A stretch of DNA of 64,000 bases from Somniosus microcephalus (taxonomy: Eukaryota): the NCBI GenBank assembly GCA_052327205.1, contig CM126215.1, positions 111,910,001 to 111,974,000 of the forward strand, read 5' to 3'. The notes below the pieces were generated by a model that did no database searches, was not told the origin of the DNA, and saw only the letters and a program-made list of their open reading frames with translations. Position 1 is the stretch's first letter, and each line of letters begins with the position of its first letter. The position numbers were made by a program, and so were the translations under genes. Of the stretch, positions 48,696-61,930 are shown in pieces.

Positions 48696-49009
48696 TACGA
48701 TAAGATATAAGATAGATAAGATAGATATATAGATATATATAATATATTATAATAATAATAGATAATAGATAAGACCGGACTTCTCCTGTCTCTAGCCTAT
48801 TACTGGAGTCTTTGATCAGAAATAGGCTAGTGTCTGATACAAAACATGGAATGGATCACTGGATTACTACAGGTGTGAGATGCAAAACATGGAATGGATC
48901 AATAGACCATTACTAATGTGAGGTACAAAACATGAAATGGATCAATGCATTACATCAAAGGGCTGTATTTATAAAAATCATGCTCCCGGCAGAGACCCTT
49001 GCCTGCTAA

Positions 49010-49355
49010 AAAGAAAAAGAGAAAGATTTGCATTTTTATAGCGCCTTTAACAACCTCAGGATGTCGCAAAGCGCTTTACTGCCAATGAAGTACTTTTGGA
49101 GTGTAGTCACTGAGCTGTAATGTAGGAAATGCAGCAGCCAATTTGCGCACAGCAAGCTCCCACAAGCAGCAATGTGATAATGACCACATCTGTTTTTGTT
49201 ATGTTGGTTGAGGGATGAATGTTGGCCAGGACACCGGGGATAACTCACCTGCTCTTCTTCGAAATAGTGCCGTGGGATCTTTTACATCCACCTGAGAGAG
49301 CAAACGAGGCCTCAGTTTAACGTCTCATCTGAAAGGTGGCACCTCTGACAGTGCT
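49010..49355 (-). mobile_element. DeuSINE
   Basis: Reverse match to the DeuSINE tail and core. Confidence 0.8.
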
Positions 49356-49978
49356 GAACCTGCAAACTGTTGGAAGTGTGAGCTGACAACAAGGGCAACG
49401 GGACATCTGGGACCTTAGTGATTTAAGGATAGAGAAAGAAACAGAGAAACGTGGAGAAAGAGGGTGAATTAGAGTCAAATCAGGCACAGAAAGAGAAATA
49501 AATAAAGGGAAAGAAAGATTGGATTAAGAGAGAGAAAATAGAGACAGAAAGGATAAGAACATTGTTTTCAAAATTTTAATTTGAAATTTTAAAAATCTCT
49601 AAGAACAAGTTACTACCTGCAGGAATGAGAGTCCACAGATTCAATTGGTCTCTCGGAGAGGTTGAGTGGAATTGCAGGAATGTAAATCTTGTCATTAAAA
49701 GGGTCGGTAAGCTGTTAAGTACCAGCCCTAACTATCTGCGGCGAGTTTAATTTGTAATAAATGCTGCAGGGTTCATGCAGCAATTTCTTAAAACTCACGG
49801 GGAGGTTGAGGGCGAGCTGCCGTTCTCGCGAGGCTAACGGCGGAAATCGTCCAGCAACTTGTGGCGATTCGCAACTCACGGGGTATCTCATCCTCGCCAC
49901 AAACTGCTGGATGATTTACACACTAATAATGCCGAGGGCCATTAAACGCACCGTTATTTTGCCAGCAAATTCTGGCAC
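49356..49978 (+). mobile_element. Non-autonomous TIR element, right part (17375 family)
   Basis: Shared purine core; ends GCAAATTCTGGCAC, near-complementary to the 34881 end. Confidence 0.6.
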
Positions 49979-51747
49979 AATGTGCTTCTTGCAGTGCAGA
50001 TCGATATTTTTATGTTTCATGAGAGGAGCCAGCGCAAGGAAACAAATAAATAATCCACATCACTTACATTTTTTACATGACAGGTGCACGTAAAAGGCAA
50101 TAGCTTACAGCGAGTAAATGCTTGTTCTCTTGTATTTAGACGGCATCAGATGCTCAAAGAGTTTGGACCACCTGATGCTACAGCATGTAATTGGAGGCAG
50201 CTGCAGTCATATCACGGGTAATTTTGTTTTGTGTTGTGTTTTATTTTTCTGTCCGCTCTTGAAGCTGCTGAATCATGCTGCGTCCCCTGGCGCTGCTGGC
50301 TGCCTAAGTGGCCATTTTGAGCACGGGGTGGGGGCAATGGTTGGCTAATCGGCAGTGGCAGAGAGACCGCCACAGCTAAACTCGGTCATGTTGCCCTCTC
50401 CCGATGTTCGCGAAATGCGCAGTTCTCATAGAAGAATAGCGCTCAGGAGTTGGAACCTTATCTAACGCTTAGGGCAGAGGTTGGGGCAAGGGGGGTTCTC
50501 CAAGAGTGTGTCTATATTGGTAAGGTGTCCCCTGGAGTGTGTCAATAGTCCCAAGGAGTCACAGAGTCATAACGGCACAGAAGGAGGCCATTCGGCCCAT
50601 CCAGTCCGTGCCGGCTCTCTGCGGAGCAATCCAGTCAGTCCCATTCCCCCCAGTGTCTGTCGCACTGAAGAGTTTGCAAGCACTGACCTATGGAGGTTTT
50701 AGGGTTGTTCGGCCATGTTAAATATTTGTTGATGTGGCGAGCACACACAGATCTAGGTTTTCCATCTCCCCTCTGCCGATTTACTGGCATATCTCAGCAA
50801 CGCACAGTCCACCCGGAGGAAACTGAGCCCCATCCATATGTTGGGTGGGCGCATAGTAAAGAGCTACAGACGAGGGCAACTTAGCTCCCAGCTGGATCTA
50901 GGAGTCCCCTTTTAGGCAGCGGCGTCCAAGGTTCAGACAGAGGCCTGCGGAGGGGCCCTAAGGCGGAATTAAAGAGACATCAGTGCAAGTACCCTCAGAG
51001 TGTCCCTGTGCCAAGGCCCCATTAGTCATAGAGTCAGAGAATCATAACGGCACAAAAGGAGGCCATTCAGCCCATCGAGTCCGTGCCGGCTCTCTGTGGA
51101 GCAATCCAGTCAGCCCCATTCCCCCGCTCTATCCCCGTAGCCCTGCAAGTATATTTCCCTCAAGTGTCTATCCAGTCTCCCCTTGAAAACATTGAGTGTC
51201 TCCGCTTCCACCACTTCCGTCAGCAGCGAATTGGAATAGTGACTTGGAAAAAAATGTAAATGCTTCAATTCTCCACCTCGAGAGAGGCACGACTCACTGG
51301 TAGGGACTGGGGAACCTGCCTCCTTTGTGAGTTAATCAACCTGGAGTGAGAAGGGTCAGTGGTGTATCTCCAGGGCAGGCATAAGTCCTACTCCAGAAGG
51401 GAGGGAAGCCCCAATCAAGGGGGCGTGGAAAGCCTAAACCAACCATTTTTAAGCATAAATGTTTTAGAGAATAAAACCAACATGGGCAGAAAGACAAAAC
51501 GGCATTAATCATGATTCTTTGTAACTGTTTAATTTTCTGAAGGAATCCTGAAGGTGACACTCCCTCTATTGGAAGCCATGGTGTTGTGCAGCTGTGAGCA
51601 GCTCAACACAAGGAACATATGAAAAGTAAGGTGAAATATAAGGCCACAAGGCACACTGAAGCTCCCCCTCACACTGAACATGTAGAAATGTCAGCCAAGG
51701 CCCAGTGGGCAGCACCCTCACCTCTGAGTCGGACAGTTGTGGGTTCC

Positions 51748-51955
51748 ACGGGAGGAGCGGCTGGTGAGCAGGCCCGGGCGGTGGGCCCGGGCGGTGGGCT
51801 GAAGATTGTCGGACAGGAGGAATGGTGGAAATGGAATGGCGGCGCGCACCGACGCAGCGGCTTTGCTTCTCCCAGTCATGGGAGCTTGCAAGATCACATT
51901 TCGTTGTTCATGTACTTGTGCAATGACAATAAAGTTGAATTATTATTATTATTAA
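51748..51955 (+). mobile_element. Short retroposed insertion with a Rex1/Babar-like 3' end
   Basis: Ends ATTTCGTTGTTCATGTACTTGTGCAATGACAATAAAGTTGAA(TTA)n and interrupts the SINE head. Confidence 0.5.
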
Positions 51956-52102
51956 GTCCAACTCCAGAGACTTGAGCACAAAGTCCAGGCTGACACTCCA
52001 GTGCACTACCGAGGGAGTGCTGTACTGCCGGCGGTCCCGTCCTTCAGATGAGATGTTAAACCGAGGCCCGTTCAGGTGGACGTAAAAGATCCCATGGCAC
52101 TA

Positions 52103-52428
52103 CAGGAAACTCTTTTTTATCCGGCACCGACGGGACCGGCGTGGTGCCGGTTTATCAAAAAGTCCGGATTACAGAGAGGTATAGTTAAAAGGTACGAGAG
52201 CTCCGTACACAGCAACAAATCCAGGCTTCCCTGTTGCTTAGCAACAGATGCAGGAACTCCGGCCACAGACCAAGCATCCCTGTTGCAGCGTAGGAGCCCC
52301 GGTTACACAGCCACAGATCCAGGAACAGCCACTAATATGAAGTAAAACTTGCCTGAACATACTCCTGAATTTTGCCGGTTAACAGAGATTTCCGGTTATT
52401 TAGGTGCCGGTAAATCGAGAGTTTCCTG
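52103..52428. mobile_element. Tc1/mariner (Tigger/pogo-type) MITE, 326 bp
   Basis: TA TSD; imperfect 26-bp TIRs CAGGAAACTCT...CCGGCACC; cleanly splits the SINE core. Confidence 0.85.
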
Positions 52429-53707
52429 TATTTCAAAGAAGAGCAGGGGAGTTCTCCCCGGTGTCCTGGCCAATATTTATCCCTCAACCAGCATCACTAA
52501 ACCGGATTATCTTGCTGTTATCACATTGTAGTTTGTGGGACCTTGCTGTGCGCAAAATAGCTGCTGCGTTTCCCACATTACAACCGTGAACACACTTCCA
52601 AAGTACTTCATTGGCTGTAGAGCGCTTTGGGTCGTCCTGGGGTTTGTGCGATATATATGCAAGCTCTTCTTCCTCGGCGAGCAGGTAAGAAAGTTGGGGC
52701 AAGGGGTGGAGGGAAGTGCCCTTTTAAAAAATTAAAAAGGAAATTATTACCGGGTTTTATGCTCATCAGCTGGCCTTCAAAAATGCAGTAAATAGTCAAT
52801 TAGTCCTGATTTCACGCGCTCAGAGCCAACAGAGTCCTTCTTTACATATGCAGATTGCAGCCCGATGACATAATTGAGACCCGACTGTAATTTTAACTCA
52901 GGCCTGAGCGGGGAATCCACCAGGAGTTAAAATCGGGGCTGGTACTTTATTCAGCAGATACACCATTTTTCCTGGCGTCCTGGCCAATATTTATTCCACA
53001 ACCAACATCCTTAAAAAAAACAGATTACTGTATCCTGTCATTATCACGTTGCTGTTTATGGGAGCTTGCTGTGCGCAAATATGGCTGCCGCATTTCCTAC
53101 ATTATAACAGAGACTATATACTTCAAAATGTTTTCATTGGCTGTAAAACACTTTGGGATGTCCTGAGGTCATGAAAGACACTGTAGAAATACTCTTCCCA
53201 ATCTACTGAATCTTCTGAGGGAGGTCAACCAAGTAAAACCTCCAACATGATGCTGTCTGAAATTTCTCCCTGATCGCTGCGGTAAATGGGTGAAGTTTCA
53301 GGTTATCAATCCAATCTTTAGATCCACACCATTCACTTCCACTTCCATAAATAACCGTTCTGGAATCCCAGTAGCACAAACAAAGAAACTCCTGCATTTA
53401 TATTGGGCCTTACCATGTTTTTAAAAAATCTTATCAAACTTCACACAGTGAATTACTTTTTGGAGTGCAGTAACGGTTACGTCATCAAACATGTCCACCA
53501 TTCTGTACCAGCAATGTCCCCATCACAGCAATGAGATGAGTGACCAGGTAATCTGTTGCTTTGGCAGTACTGATTGAGGGATGGCTGTTGGCCAGGGCGC
53601 TGGGATAACTTTTTTCTAAATTCATTCTCAGGAGGTGGGCGTCCCTGGCAAGGTCAGCACTTATTGCCCATCCCTAGTTATCCTTGAGTGGCTTGGTAAG
53701 CCACTTC

Positions 53708-53900
53708 ACAGAATCACAGAAACCCCACAGTGCAGATAGAGGCCATTTCGGCCCATCGAGCCTGCACCGACACATATCCCACGCGATCCCCGTAACCCCT
53801 ACACCAACACATGTCCCACCCTATCCCCACGTATTTAATCCCCCTAACACTAAGGGTCAATTTATCATAGCCAATCAACCTAACCGCACATCTTTGGACT
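53708..53900 (-). mobile_element. 5'-truncated V-SINE (HE1-like) with CR1-type tail, nested in an RTEX-tail SINE (53625-54180)
   Basis: Plus strand CCAATCAACCTAACCGCACATCTTTGGACT (V-domain-like) and GAGGCCATTTCGGCCC tail hairpin. Confidence 0.55.
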
Positions 53901-54969
53901 TAAGAGTCAATCACATTGATGTGGGACTTGAGTTACACAGAGATCGAGTAAGGATGGCAGTTTTCTTCCCTAAAGGACATTAGTGAGCCAGTTGGGTTTT
54001 GACAACAAATCTGACAACTTAATGGTCACTTTTACTGATAACCAGATTTTTATCTCCAGATTTTTGTTTTTAAACTGAATTTGAATTCTCAATGACCATG
54101 ATGGGATTTGAACTGACATCCTCTGCATTATTAGTCCAGGCCACTGGAACACCAGTACCAGAAACATAACCACTACCCTACCATACCCATTTTCTGCTTT
54201 TCTTCAAATAGTACCATGGGATTTTTAATATGCACCCGAACAAACAGATGGGGCCTCAATTTAACATCTCATCTGCAAAACGGCATCTCCAACAATGCTG
54301 CACTCCCTCATCTCTGCACTGGAGTGTCAGCATTGACTACGAGCTCAAGTCTTGGTTCAGGGCTTGGGTCCACAACGTTTCAACGCAGAGAAAATAAGTG
54401 GTACTGATTGAGCCGAGTGATGTACAAGAACCATTGTGTTCCATGGGCCATTTGATCATCACTATCTGTACCATCTTTACAACCTTTAATCACATTCTTA
54501 AATTGATATTTGTCCATCTCTCTTTTTTAAAAGGAGTTGAGTGACGACGTCTGTCGGAGTCTGCTAAATGTTCCCTTCCACTGCTCTGTTTTCCAGTTCC
54601 ATGGTCACAGACATTGTTAAATAAACTGTTAATGTTTGCATTCTCCACACCTTTCATTATTCTACAGACTGGGATCACGTCCCCTCTCATTCATCATTCC
54701 AGTCCAACCAAGTTCATCGCTGGTCAGGATATGGAGCCCTGAAGCTTGGAATCATCCTTGTTACTCTTCTCTGAACTCAGTCTGGTGGCGTGCCCAATAT
54801 TATTAGGATATTCCAAATGTCGACTTACCAAAGAGTTAAACAGCGCTAAAGTAACGTGTTTCAACTTGGCCCAGAATCCAACATGAAACACATAGGTGTC
54901 ACTGTTTATACACACCTACTAGTGTCAGATTAACTGTTTGAGTCAATAACGAAAACATGTAGGACCTTT

Positions 54970-57948
54970 TACATAAGAACATAAGAACATAGGAAATAGG
55001 AGCAGGAGTAGGACAATTGGCCCCTCGAGCCTGCTCCGCCATTCAATAAGATCATGGCTGATCTGATCCTAACCGCCAATCTACTATCACAGAACCATCT
55101 CCTGAATCTAACAGAATTAGACACACGAAATAGGAGCAGGATCAGGCCACACGGCCCCTGGGCCTGCTCCGCTACCCACAGGGCCATGTCCGATCCGAAC
55201 CTAGACTCATGTCCAAATTCCTGCCCGCTCCCCGTAACCCTTAATTCCCTTTACTTCTAGGAAACTGTCTATTTCTGTTTTAAATTTATGTAATGATGTA
55301 GCTTCTACAGCTTTTTGGGGCAGCATATTCCATGGACCTACCACCCTCTGAGTGAAGTAGTTCCTCCTCATCTCAGTTTTGAAAGAGCAGCCCTTTATTC
55401 TAAGACTATGCCCCCTAGTTTTAGTTTCACCCATCATCGGGAACATCCTCCCCGCATCCACCCGATCCAACCCCTTCACAATCTTATATGTTTCAATAAG
55501 ATCGCCTCTCATTCTTCTGAACTCCAATGAGTAGAGTCCCAATCTACTCAACCTCTCCTCATATGTCCATCCCCTCATCCCCGGGATTTACCGAGTGAAC
55601 CTTCTTTGTACTGACTCGACAGCAAGTATGTCTTTTCTTAAGTATGGACACCAAAACTGTATGCAGTATTCCAGGTGCGGTCTCACCAATACCTTGTACA
55701 ACTGAAGCAATACCTCCCTATTTTTATATTCTATCCCCCTAGCAATGAAAGCCAACATTCCATTGGCCTTCTTAATCACTTGCTGCACCTGCATACTAAC
55801 CTTTTGAGTTTCGTGCACCAGGACCCCCAGATCCCTTTGTACTTCAGTACTTTCCAGTTTCTTGCCATTAAGATAATAACTTGCTCTACGATTTTTCCTG
55901 CCAAAGTGCATAACCTCACACTTTCCAGTATTGTATTCCATCTGCCAAATCTCTGTCCACTTACTTAGCCTGTCTATGTCCCCTTGCAGGTTTTTTATGT
56001 CCTCCTCACTCACTACTTTCCCTCCCATCTTAGTATCATCTGCAAACTTTGATATGTTACACTCGCTCCCCTCCTCCAAATCGTTAATATAGATTGTAAA
56101 GAGTTGGGGACCCAGCACTGACCCCTGCGGAACACCACTAGTTACTGATTGCCAGTCTGAAAATGAACCATTTATCCCAACTCTCTGCCTTCTGTTAGAT
56201 AGCCAATCCTCTATCCATGCCAGAATATTACCCCCAATCCCGTGATTTTTTATCTTAAGCAATAATCTTTTGTGTGGCACCTTGTCAAATGCCTTTTGGA
56301 AGTCTAAATACACTACGTCCACTGGTTCCCTTTTATCCACCCTATGTGTTACTTCCTCAAAGAACTCCAGCAAATTTGTCAAACATGACTTCCCCTTCAT
56401 AAAACCATGCTGACTTTGTCCTATTAAATTATGATTATCCAAATGTCCTGTTACTGTCTCCTTAATAATGGACTCCAAAATTTTACCTACCACAGATGTT
56501 AAGCTAACTGGTCTATAGTTTCCAGCCTTCTGTCTACTGCCCTTTTTAAATAAGGGTGTTACATTAGCAGTTTTCCAGTCTGCCGGGACCTTTGCTGAGT
56601 CCAGGGAGTTTTGGAAAATTATTACCAATGCATCCACAATCCCTACCGCCACTTCCCTCAAGACCCTAGGATGTAAGCCATCAGGTCCAGGTGATTTATC
56701 CGCCTTGAGTCCCATTATTTTACCGAGTACCACTTCCTTAGTGATTTTGATCGTGTTTAGCTCCTCCCCCCCTATAGCCCCCTGTTTGTCCAGTGTTGGG
56801 ATATTCTTAGTGTCTTCTACTGTAAAGACTGATGTAAAATATTCATTCAGTGTTTTTGCCATCTCCATATTTCCCACCATTAATTTCCCGGTCTCATCCT
56901 CTAAGGGACCAACATTTACTTTAGCCACCCTTTTTCTTTTTATATAACTATAAAAACTCTTACTATCTGTTTTTATATTTTTTGCTAATTTACTTTCATA
57001 ATCTATCTTCCCTTTCTTAATCAATCTTTTTGTCATTTTTTGCTGTCTTTTAAAGTTTTCCCAATCCTCTATCCTCCCACTAGATTTGGCTACCTTATAT
57101 GTCCTTGTTTTTAGTCGAATACTATCCTTAATTTCTTTACTTAGCCACGGATGGCTGTCTTTTCTTTTACACCCTTTTCTTCTCAGTGGAATATATATTT
57201 TTTGGAAACTGTAAAATAACTCCTTAAATGTACACCACTGATCATGTATCGTCTTACCCTTTAATCTATTTTCCCAATCCACTCTACTCAATTCCGCTCT
57301 CATACCTTCATAGTCTCCTTTATTCAAGCTTAGCACGCTTGTTTGAGATCCAACCTTCTCACCCTCTAATTGAATATGGAATTCAACCATGTTATGGTCA
57401 CTCATTCCAAGGGGATCCTTTAACTAGGACATTTTTAGTTAATCCTATCTCGTTACACAGGACCAGATCTAAGGTAGCTTGCCCCCTGGTCAGTTCAGTT
57501 ACATACTGCTCAAGAAACCCATCCCTAATACACTCAATGAATTCATCCTCAAGGCAGCCCTGCCCAATTTGATTTGTCCAATTAATATGATAGTTAAAAT
57601 CCCCCATAATTATAGATGTTCCCTTATTACAAGCCTCAACTATTTCCTGATTGATACTCCGTCCAACAGAGTTGCAACTGTTCGGAGGCCTATAGACTAC
57701 GCCCACTAGTGTTTTTTTCCCCTTATTATTCCTTACCTCCACCCAAACTGTTTCATTATCCTGATCTTTTGACCCAATATCATTTCTCTGTATTACAGTG
57801 ATTCCTTCCTTTATTAACATAGCCACCCCACCTCCCTTTCCTTCCTGCCTGTCCTTCCTGATCGTTAAATAACCTGGTATGTTTAATTCCCAGGCATTGT
57901 CACCCTGCAGCCATGTTTCTGTAATGGCCACAAGATCATACCCATATG
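54970..57948 (-). mobile_element. CR1 LINE, 5'-truncated inside the endonuclease; ORF2 nearly intact
   Basis: APE motifs AITETW, VYRPP, MGDFN, LDLV, SDHN; RT NYRPVSLTS, QHGF, GVPQGS, FADD; one frameshift (~57405) and one stop (55588); (TTCTTATG)n tail. Confidence 0.95.
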
Positions 57949-57959
57949 TGGAAAAACCT

Positions 57960-58860
57960 AGCGAGATGCTTTATAGAGGCGAAAATAAAAAGGCACTGAA
58001 GAAGGTGGCAGAGTTGGGAGTGGTGCCCAAAAGCTTAGTTGAAAAGGAGGATTTTAAGAAGAGGTGAAAGGGTTTGGAGTGGATGTTCAAGAGAGTGGGA
58101 CTGAGGTGGCTGCTAGCTCGGCCACCAATGGTGAGCCAAAGGGAGAAGGACGCACACAGGGCCAGAACTGAAAGATGCAGATGGGGGAAGTGAGGCTGGA
58201 AAGATTAGTGGGACAAGGCCATGCAGGGATTTGAAGCTGAGAATGTGTACTTTAAATAAACTGGAGGATAGGAAGCGAGTGCAGGTCGGCGAAGGCTAAG
58301 CAATGGATGAGCGCAGGACCTAGTGCAGGAGAGAATAAGGCAGCTGAGTTTTCAATGAGCCAGATGGTGGAAGATGGAAGGAGTAGGACTTTGGAGAGGA
58401 CAATCCGCAAGGTGACAAAAGCATGAATAAGGGTTTTGACAGCAGTGGGAATGAGCTAGGGATGGAGCTGAACAAGGTTGTGGAGGTGGTGGATATGTCT
58501 ACGTTGCACAGGATGCTAAAGTTTCCCATGGCTTGCTTCATCCCGAGCAAGTGGCCAGGGAGAGGAACCAATGCCAAGACAGCAAAGTTTATGGTTGGTG
58601 CATAACATTCTGGCTTCAATCTGCCCAATGTTCAGTTGGAGGAAACTTTGGCTCATTGACAAATTAATGTCAAACAGGCACAGAGGCGGTCATGAGATCC
58701 TGGGTGAGGAAGAGCTGGGCATCGGCAGCATACATTTGGACCAAAATCACCGAGGGACAGCATATAGATGTTGATGGGGAAAGGGGCCAAGGATAGATCC
58801 TTGGGGAACGCAGGAGGTGATTGTGCAGTGGTGGAAGGAAAACCCATTGCGGGAGATGGG
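57960..58860 (-). mobile_element. Old degenerate L2 LINE fragment
   Basis: Remnants of VPQGSILGP and YAAD; similar to 29771-30650. Confidence 0.6.
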
Positions 58861-60189
58861 CTTGAATGGTAGGTAGGGACAGCCAGTTATTCTCGCTAAA
58901 AACAGTGGTATTCCAGGTTTTCCTGAAACTCAGGAGTAAAGTCAATTGGATGCAGGCAGTATAACCTGAACAGTACAACAGGTAGCAATATTCAGAGTAC
59001 CTCACGAGTAAGAATTCCCTCTGACATTACTGATATCGCCCACTTGAGTTACGTGATCCTTTTAGTAAGTGATTATTTATGCCAAAAGAATGTTGGCCTT
59101 GGCACTAGTGGTGAGAGGGATCTATGTACAGATAGAGTGTTAAATGCTTGAACTGGAGAGATTCCAGGTCAGTCTGACCAGTTATTTGTGTACATAAAGG
59201 GAAAGAGATTTCAGTGATAGGGAAGAGAACGCTTTCCAATCTGCAGCATCTACCATCAGCATCAAGCACTCCCAGGGCAGGTACAGCCACATGTGGAGTA
59301 ACATTCCCTCTACCCTGCCCCAATGTGTCTCAAACCCAATTTCAGATGACCTCCCTTTACAACACTAATGTGGCATTTGTTCTTTCCTTATCAACTGCAC
59401 TGATGGCCTCTGTGAGCGAGATCGGAACACAGGAACAGTAGGAGGCCATTCAGCCCCTCGAGCCTGTTCCGCCATTCAATCAGATCATGGCTGATCTGTG
59501 ATCTAACTCCATATACCCACCTTTGGCCCACATCCCTTAATAACACAAAGAGCTATCATTCTCAGATTTAAAATTAACAATTGATCTAGCATCAATTGCT
59601 GTTTGTGGAAGAGTTCCAAACTTCTACCACCCTTTGTGCATAGAAGTGTTTCCAAATTTCACTCCTAAAAGGTCTGGAGATCGCCAAATTAGTCCTAAAT
59701 TATGCCATGCAGAATCTCTACACTGAATATTTCACTGTTTATTAATATTCCCCTGTTGCTCTTTTGACTATTTCTCTGCCTTCCTCTCCTTTGCCACTGT
59801 GGTCCCCTAATACCCAGCTGAGAAGATGGGGAAACAGTCTGTTCTCAGGCTCATTGTTGCTGACTGTAATAGGTTATAGGAGGTGTATGAGAGGTGAGGG
59901 AGAAGTGACTTACCTGCCACTTGGCCCTCTCATCTCTTGGTTGAAGGGCTGGTCTTCACTTCCAATAACCTAGCCAAGGGAAGGAACTCAACATTTGGGG
60001 GAAATTAGTTAGCTACAAACTCACAACAAATGAGCTGCTGCCTGCTGCTATCTTGGACAGTGCAGTAGCTACCAGCATTGGCTGAGGATATCTCAGCATG
60101 TTAGTATGGCCTGTAGTTTATTACTTAGAAAAGCGGGAATAATTGAGGGGCTAGTGCTTGTCACGTGTGATCCTGCAGCTACAAATCAC

Positions 60190-60642
60190 AGCTTGCAATT
60201 ATATAGCGCCTTTCATGACCACTGGACGTCCCAAAGCACTTTACAGCCAATGAAGTACTTTTTGAAGTGTAGTCACTGTTGTAATTTAGGAAACGCGGCA
60301 GCCAATTTGTGCACAGCAAGCTCCCACAAACAGCAATGTGAGAATGACCAGATTATCCGTTATAGTGATTGAGGGATAAATATTGGCCAGGCCACCGGGG
60401 ATTAATCCACTGCTCTTCCTCGAAATAGTGCCATGGGATCTTTTACGCCCACCTGAGAGAGCAGACGGGGCCTCGGTTTAACGTCTCATCCAAAAGACAG
60501 CACCTCCGACAGTGCAGCGCTCCCTCAGCACTGCACTGGAGTGTCAACCTGGCTTTATGTGCTCAAGTCCCTGGAGTGGGATTTGAACCTACAACCTTCT
60601 TGACTCAGACGCGAGAGTGCTACCCACTGAGCCACAGCTGAC
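60190..60642 (-). mobile_element. Full-length DeuSINE (SacSINE1-like)
   Basis: Minus strand starts GTCAGCTGTGGCTCAGTGGGTAGCAC (A box) ...GGTTCAAATCCC (B box), then Deu core and L2-type tail. Confidence 0.85.
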
Positions 60643-61329
60643 ACGCATGGCACATTCTCGCAAACAGGTCCTCTGTTCCTCTCCAGGCGGAATGAACGTG
60701 CTCATTTCACTGAAGGTGGTGCATCCTTACACTAAGCTGAGAATAGGCACTCATTGCATCTTGATTGGACGTTTCCCCAATGCCTTAGCAGGTGTAAACA
60801 GTGTGTAGCTAAGCAACGCACGCCAGGGAGGTCCCAGGTCCAATCCCCAGTCTATTATTTAGTGTGGATGCCATATGAAGACCTGACTGGATTTGGCTGT
60901 GATTCCCTTTGTGGTTGAAGTTCATGCATGAATAGTAGCCACGTGGGCGAGGTGTGGGAGCGTCTCAATTGCCTGTGGGATTGAAGCCCAACAGGAAATT
61001 AATACCTTCAGCAGAGGAGAGGGGAGAAATCAGCACGGTAATGAAGTAATGTGTTGCTCTCCTAGGGGGTGGGACTGCTACCTGATAGGCCTCAGGTTCC
61101 TGCCTACTGCAAAGGACGCACACTACTGCTCTTGCTTGGCGCTGAAGTCACCGAGCGCCAGATACGATATCTTGTTCAATTTCAGAACGCCACAGGACAT
61201 AGAAAAGAGCACAGAAAGCATCAGATGGACGCAGCCAAGCCAATTTATGGGGGACCTTTGAATTTTTTTTTAAATAGTCAGGAAGTTAAGCTTGAATGCA
61301 TTGTCCCAGCTTGCAGGCCAGTTATAAAG

Positions 61330-61930
61330 AAAAAAGAAAGACTTGCATTTATATAGTGCCTTTCATGACCTCAGGACGTTCCAAAGCCCTTTACAGCCAA
61401 TTAAGTACTTCTTGAAGTGTAGTCACTGTTGTAATGTAGGAAACGGGGCAGCCAATTTGCGCACAGCAAGCTCCCACAAACAGCAATGAGATCAATGACC
61501 AGATCATCTTGTTATTTTGATGTTGGTTAAGAGATAAGTATTGGCCAGGACACCGGGGATAACTCCCCTGCTCTTCTTTGAAATAGTGCCGTGGAATCTT
61601 TTACATCCACCTGAAAGAGCAGACGGGGCCTCGGTTTAACGTCTCATCCAAAAGGCAGCACCTCCGACGGTGCAGCGCTCCCTCAGCACTGCACTGGAAT
61701 CAATGTTCCCGCTAATCTTTTTTCTTTCGCGCGCGGTCCCTTTAAGTGGCTGCGCGACCCATTCAAATTTTCACGCATGCGCGGTTTCTTCCATGTAAAA
61801 GCCGGAGAGCGGCCTGCGCGGGACCTCCAGCGGCTGCGCAGCTTAGCGGGAACGTTGCCTGGCGTGTCAGCCTCGACTATGTGCTCGAGTCTTTGGAGCG
61901 GGATTTCAACCCACGACCTTCTGACTTCCA
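61330..61930 (-). mobile_element. DeuSINE split by a hAT MITE
   Basis: Matches 60190-60642. Confidence 0.8.
61701..61857. mobile_element. hAT-type MITE, 157 bp
   Basis: 15-bp TIRs CAATGTTCCCGCTAA / TTAGCGGGAACGTTG; degenerate 8-bp TSD ACTGGAAT / CCTGGCGT (SINE consensus ACTGGAGT). Confidence 0.8.

Larger units (their letters stand above)
51690..52670 (+). mobile_element. DeuSINE carrying two nested insertions
   Basis: SINE head at ~51700; core resumes at 51956 and 52429; tail at 52650-52670. Confidence 0.75.

Noticed and set aside
60570-60642. tRNA gene (A and B boxes)
   Set aside because: It is the tRNA-derived head of a DeuSINE, continuing into the SINE core and tail.
61049-61356. 70-aa and 95-aa ORFs after an acceptor-like CTCTCCTAG
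   Set aside because: No recognisable motif, and the longer ORF runs into a SINE tail.
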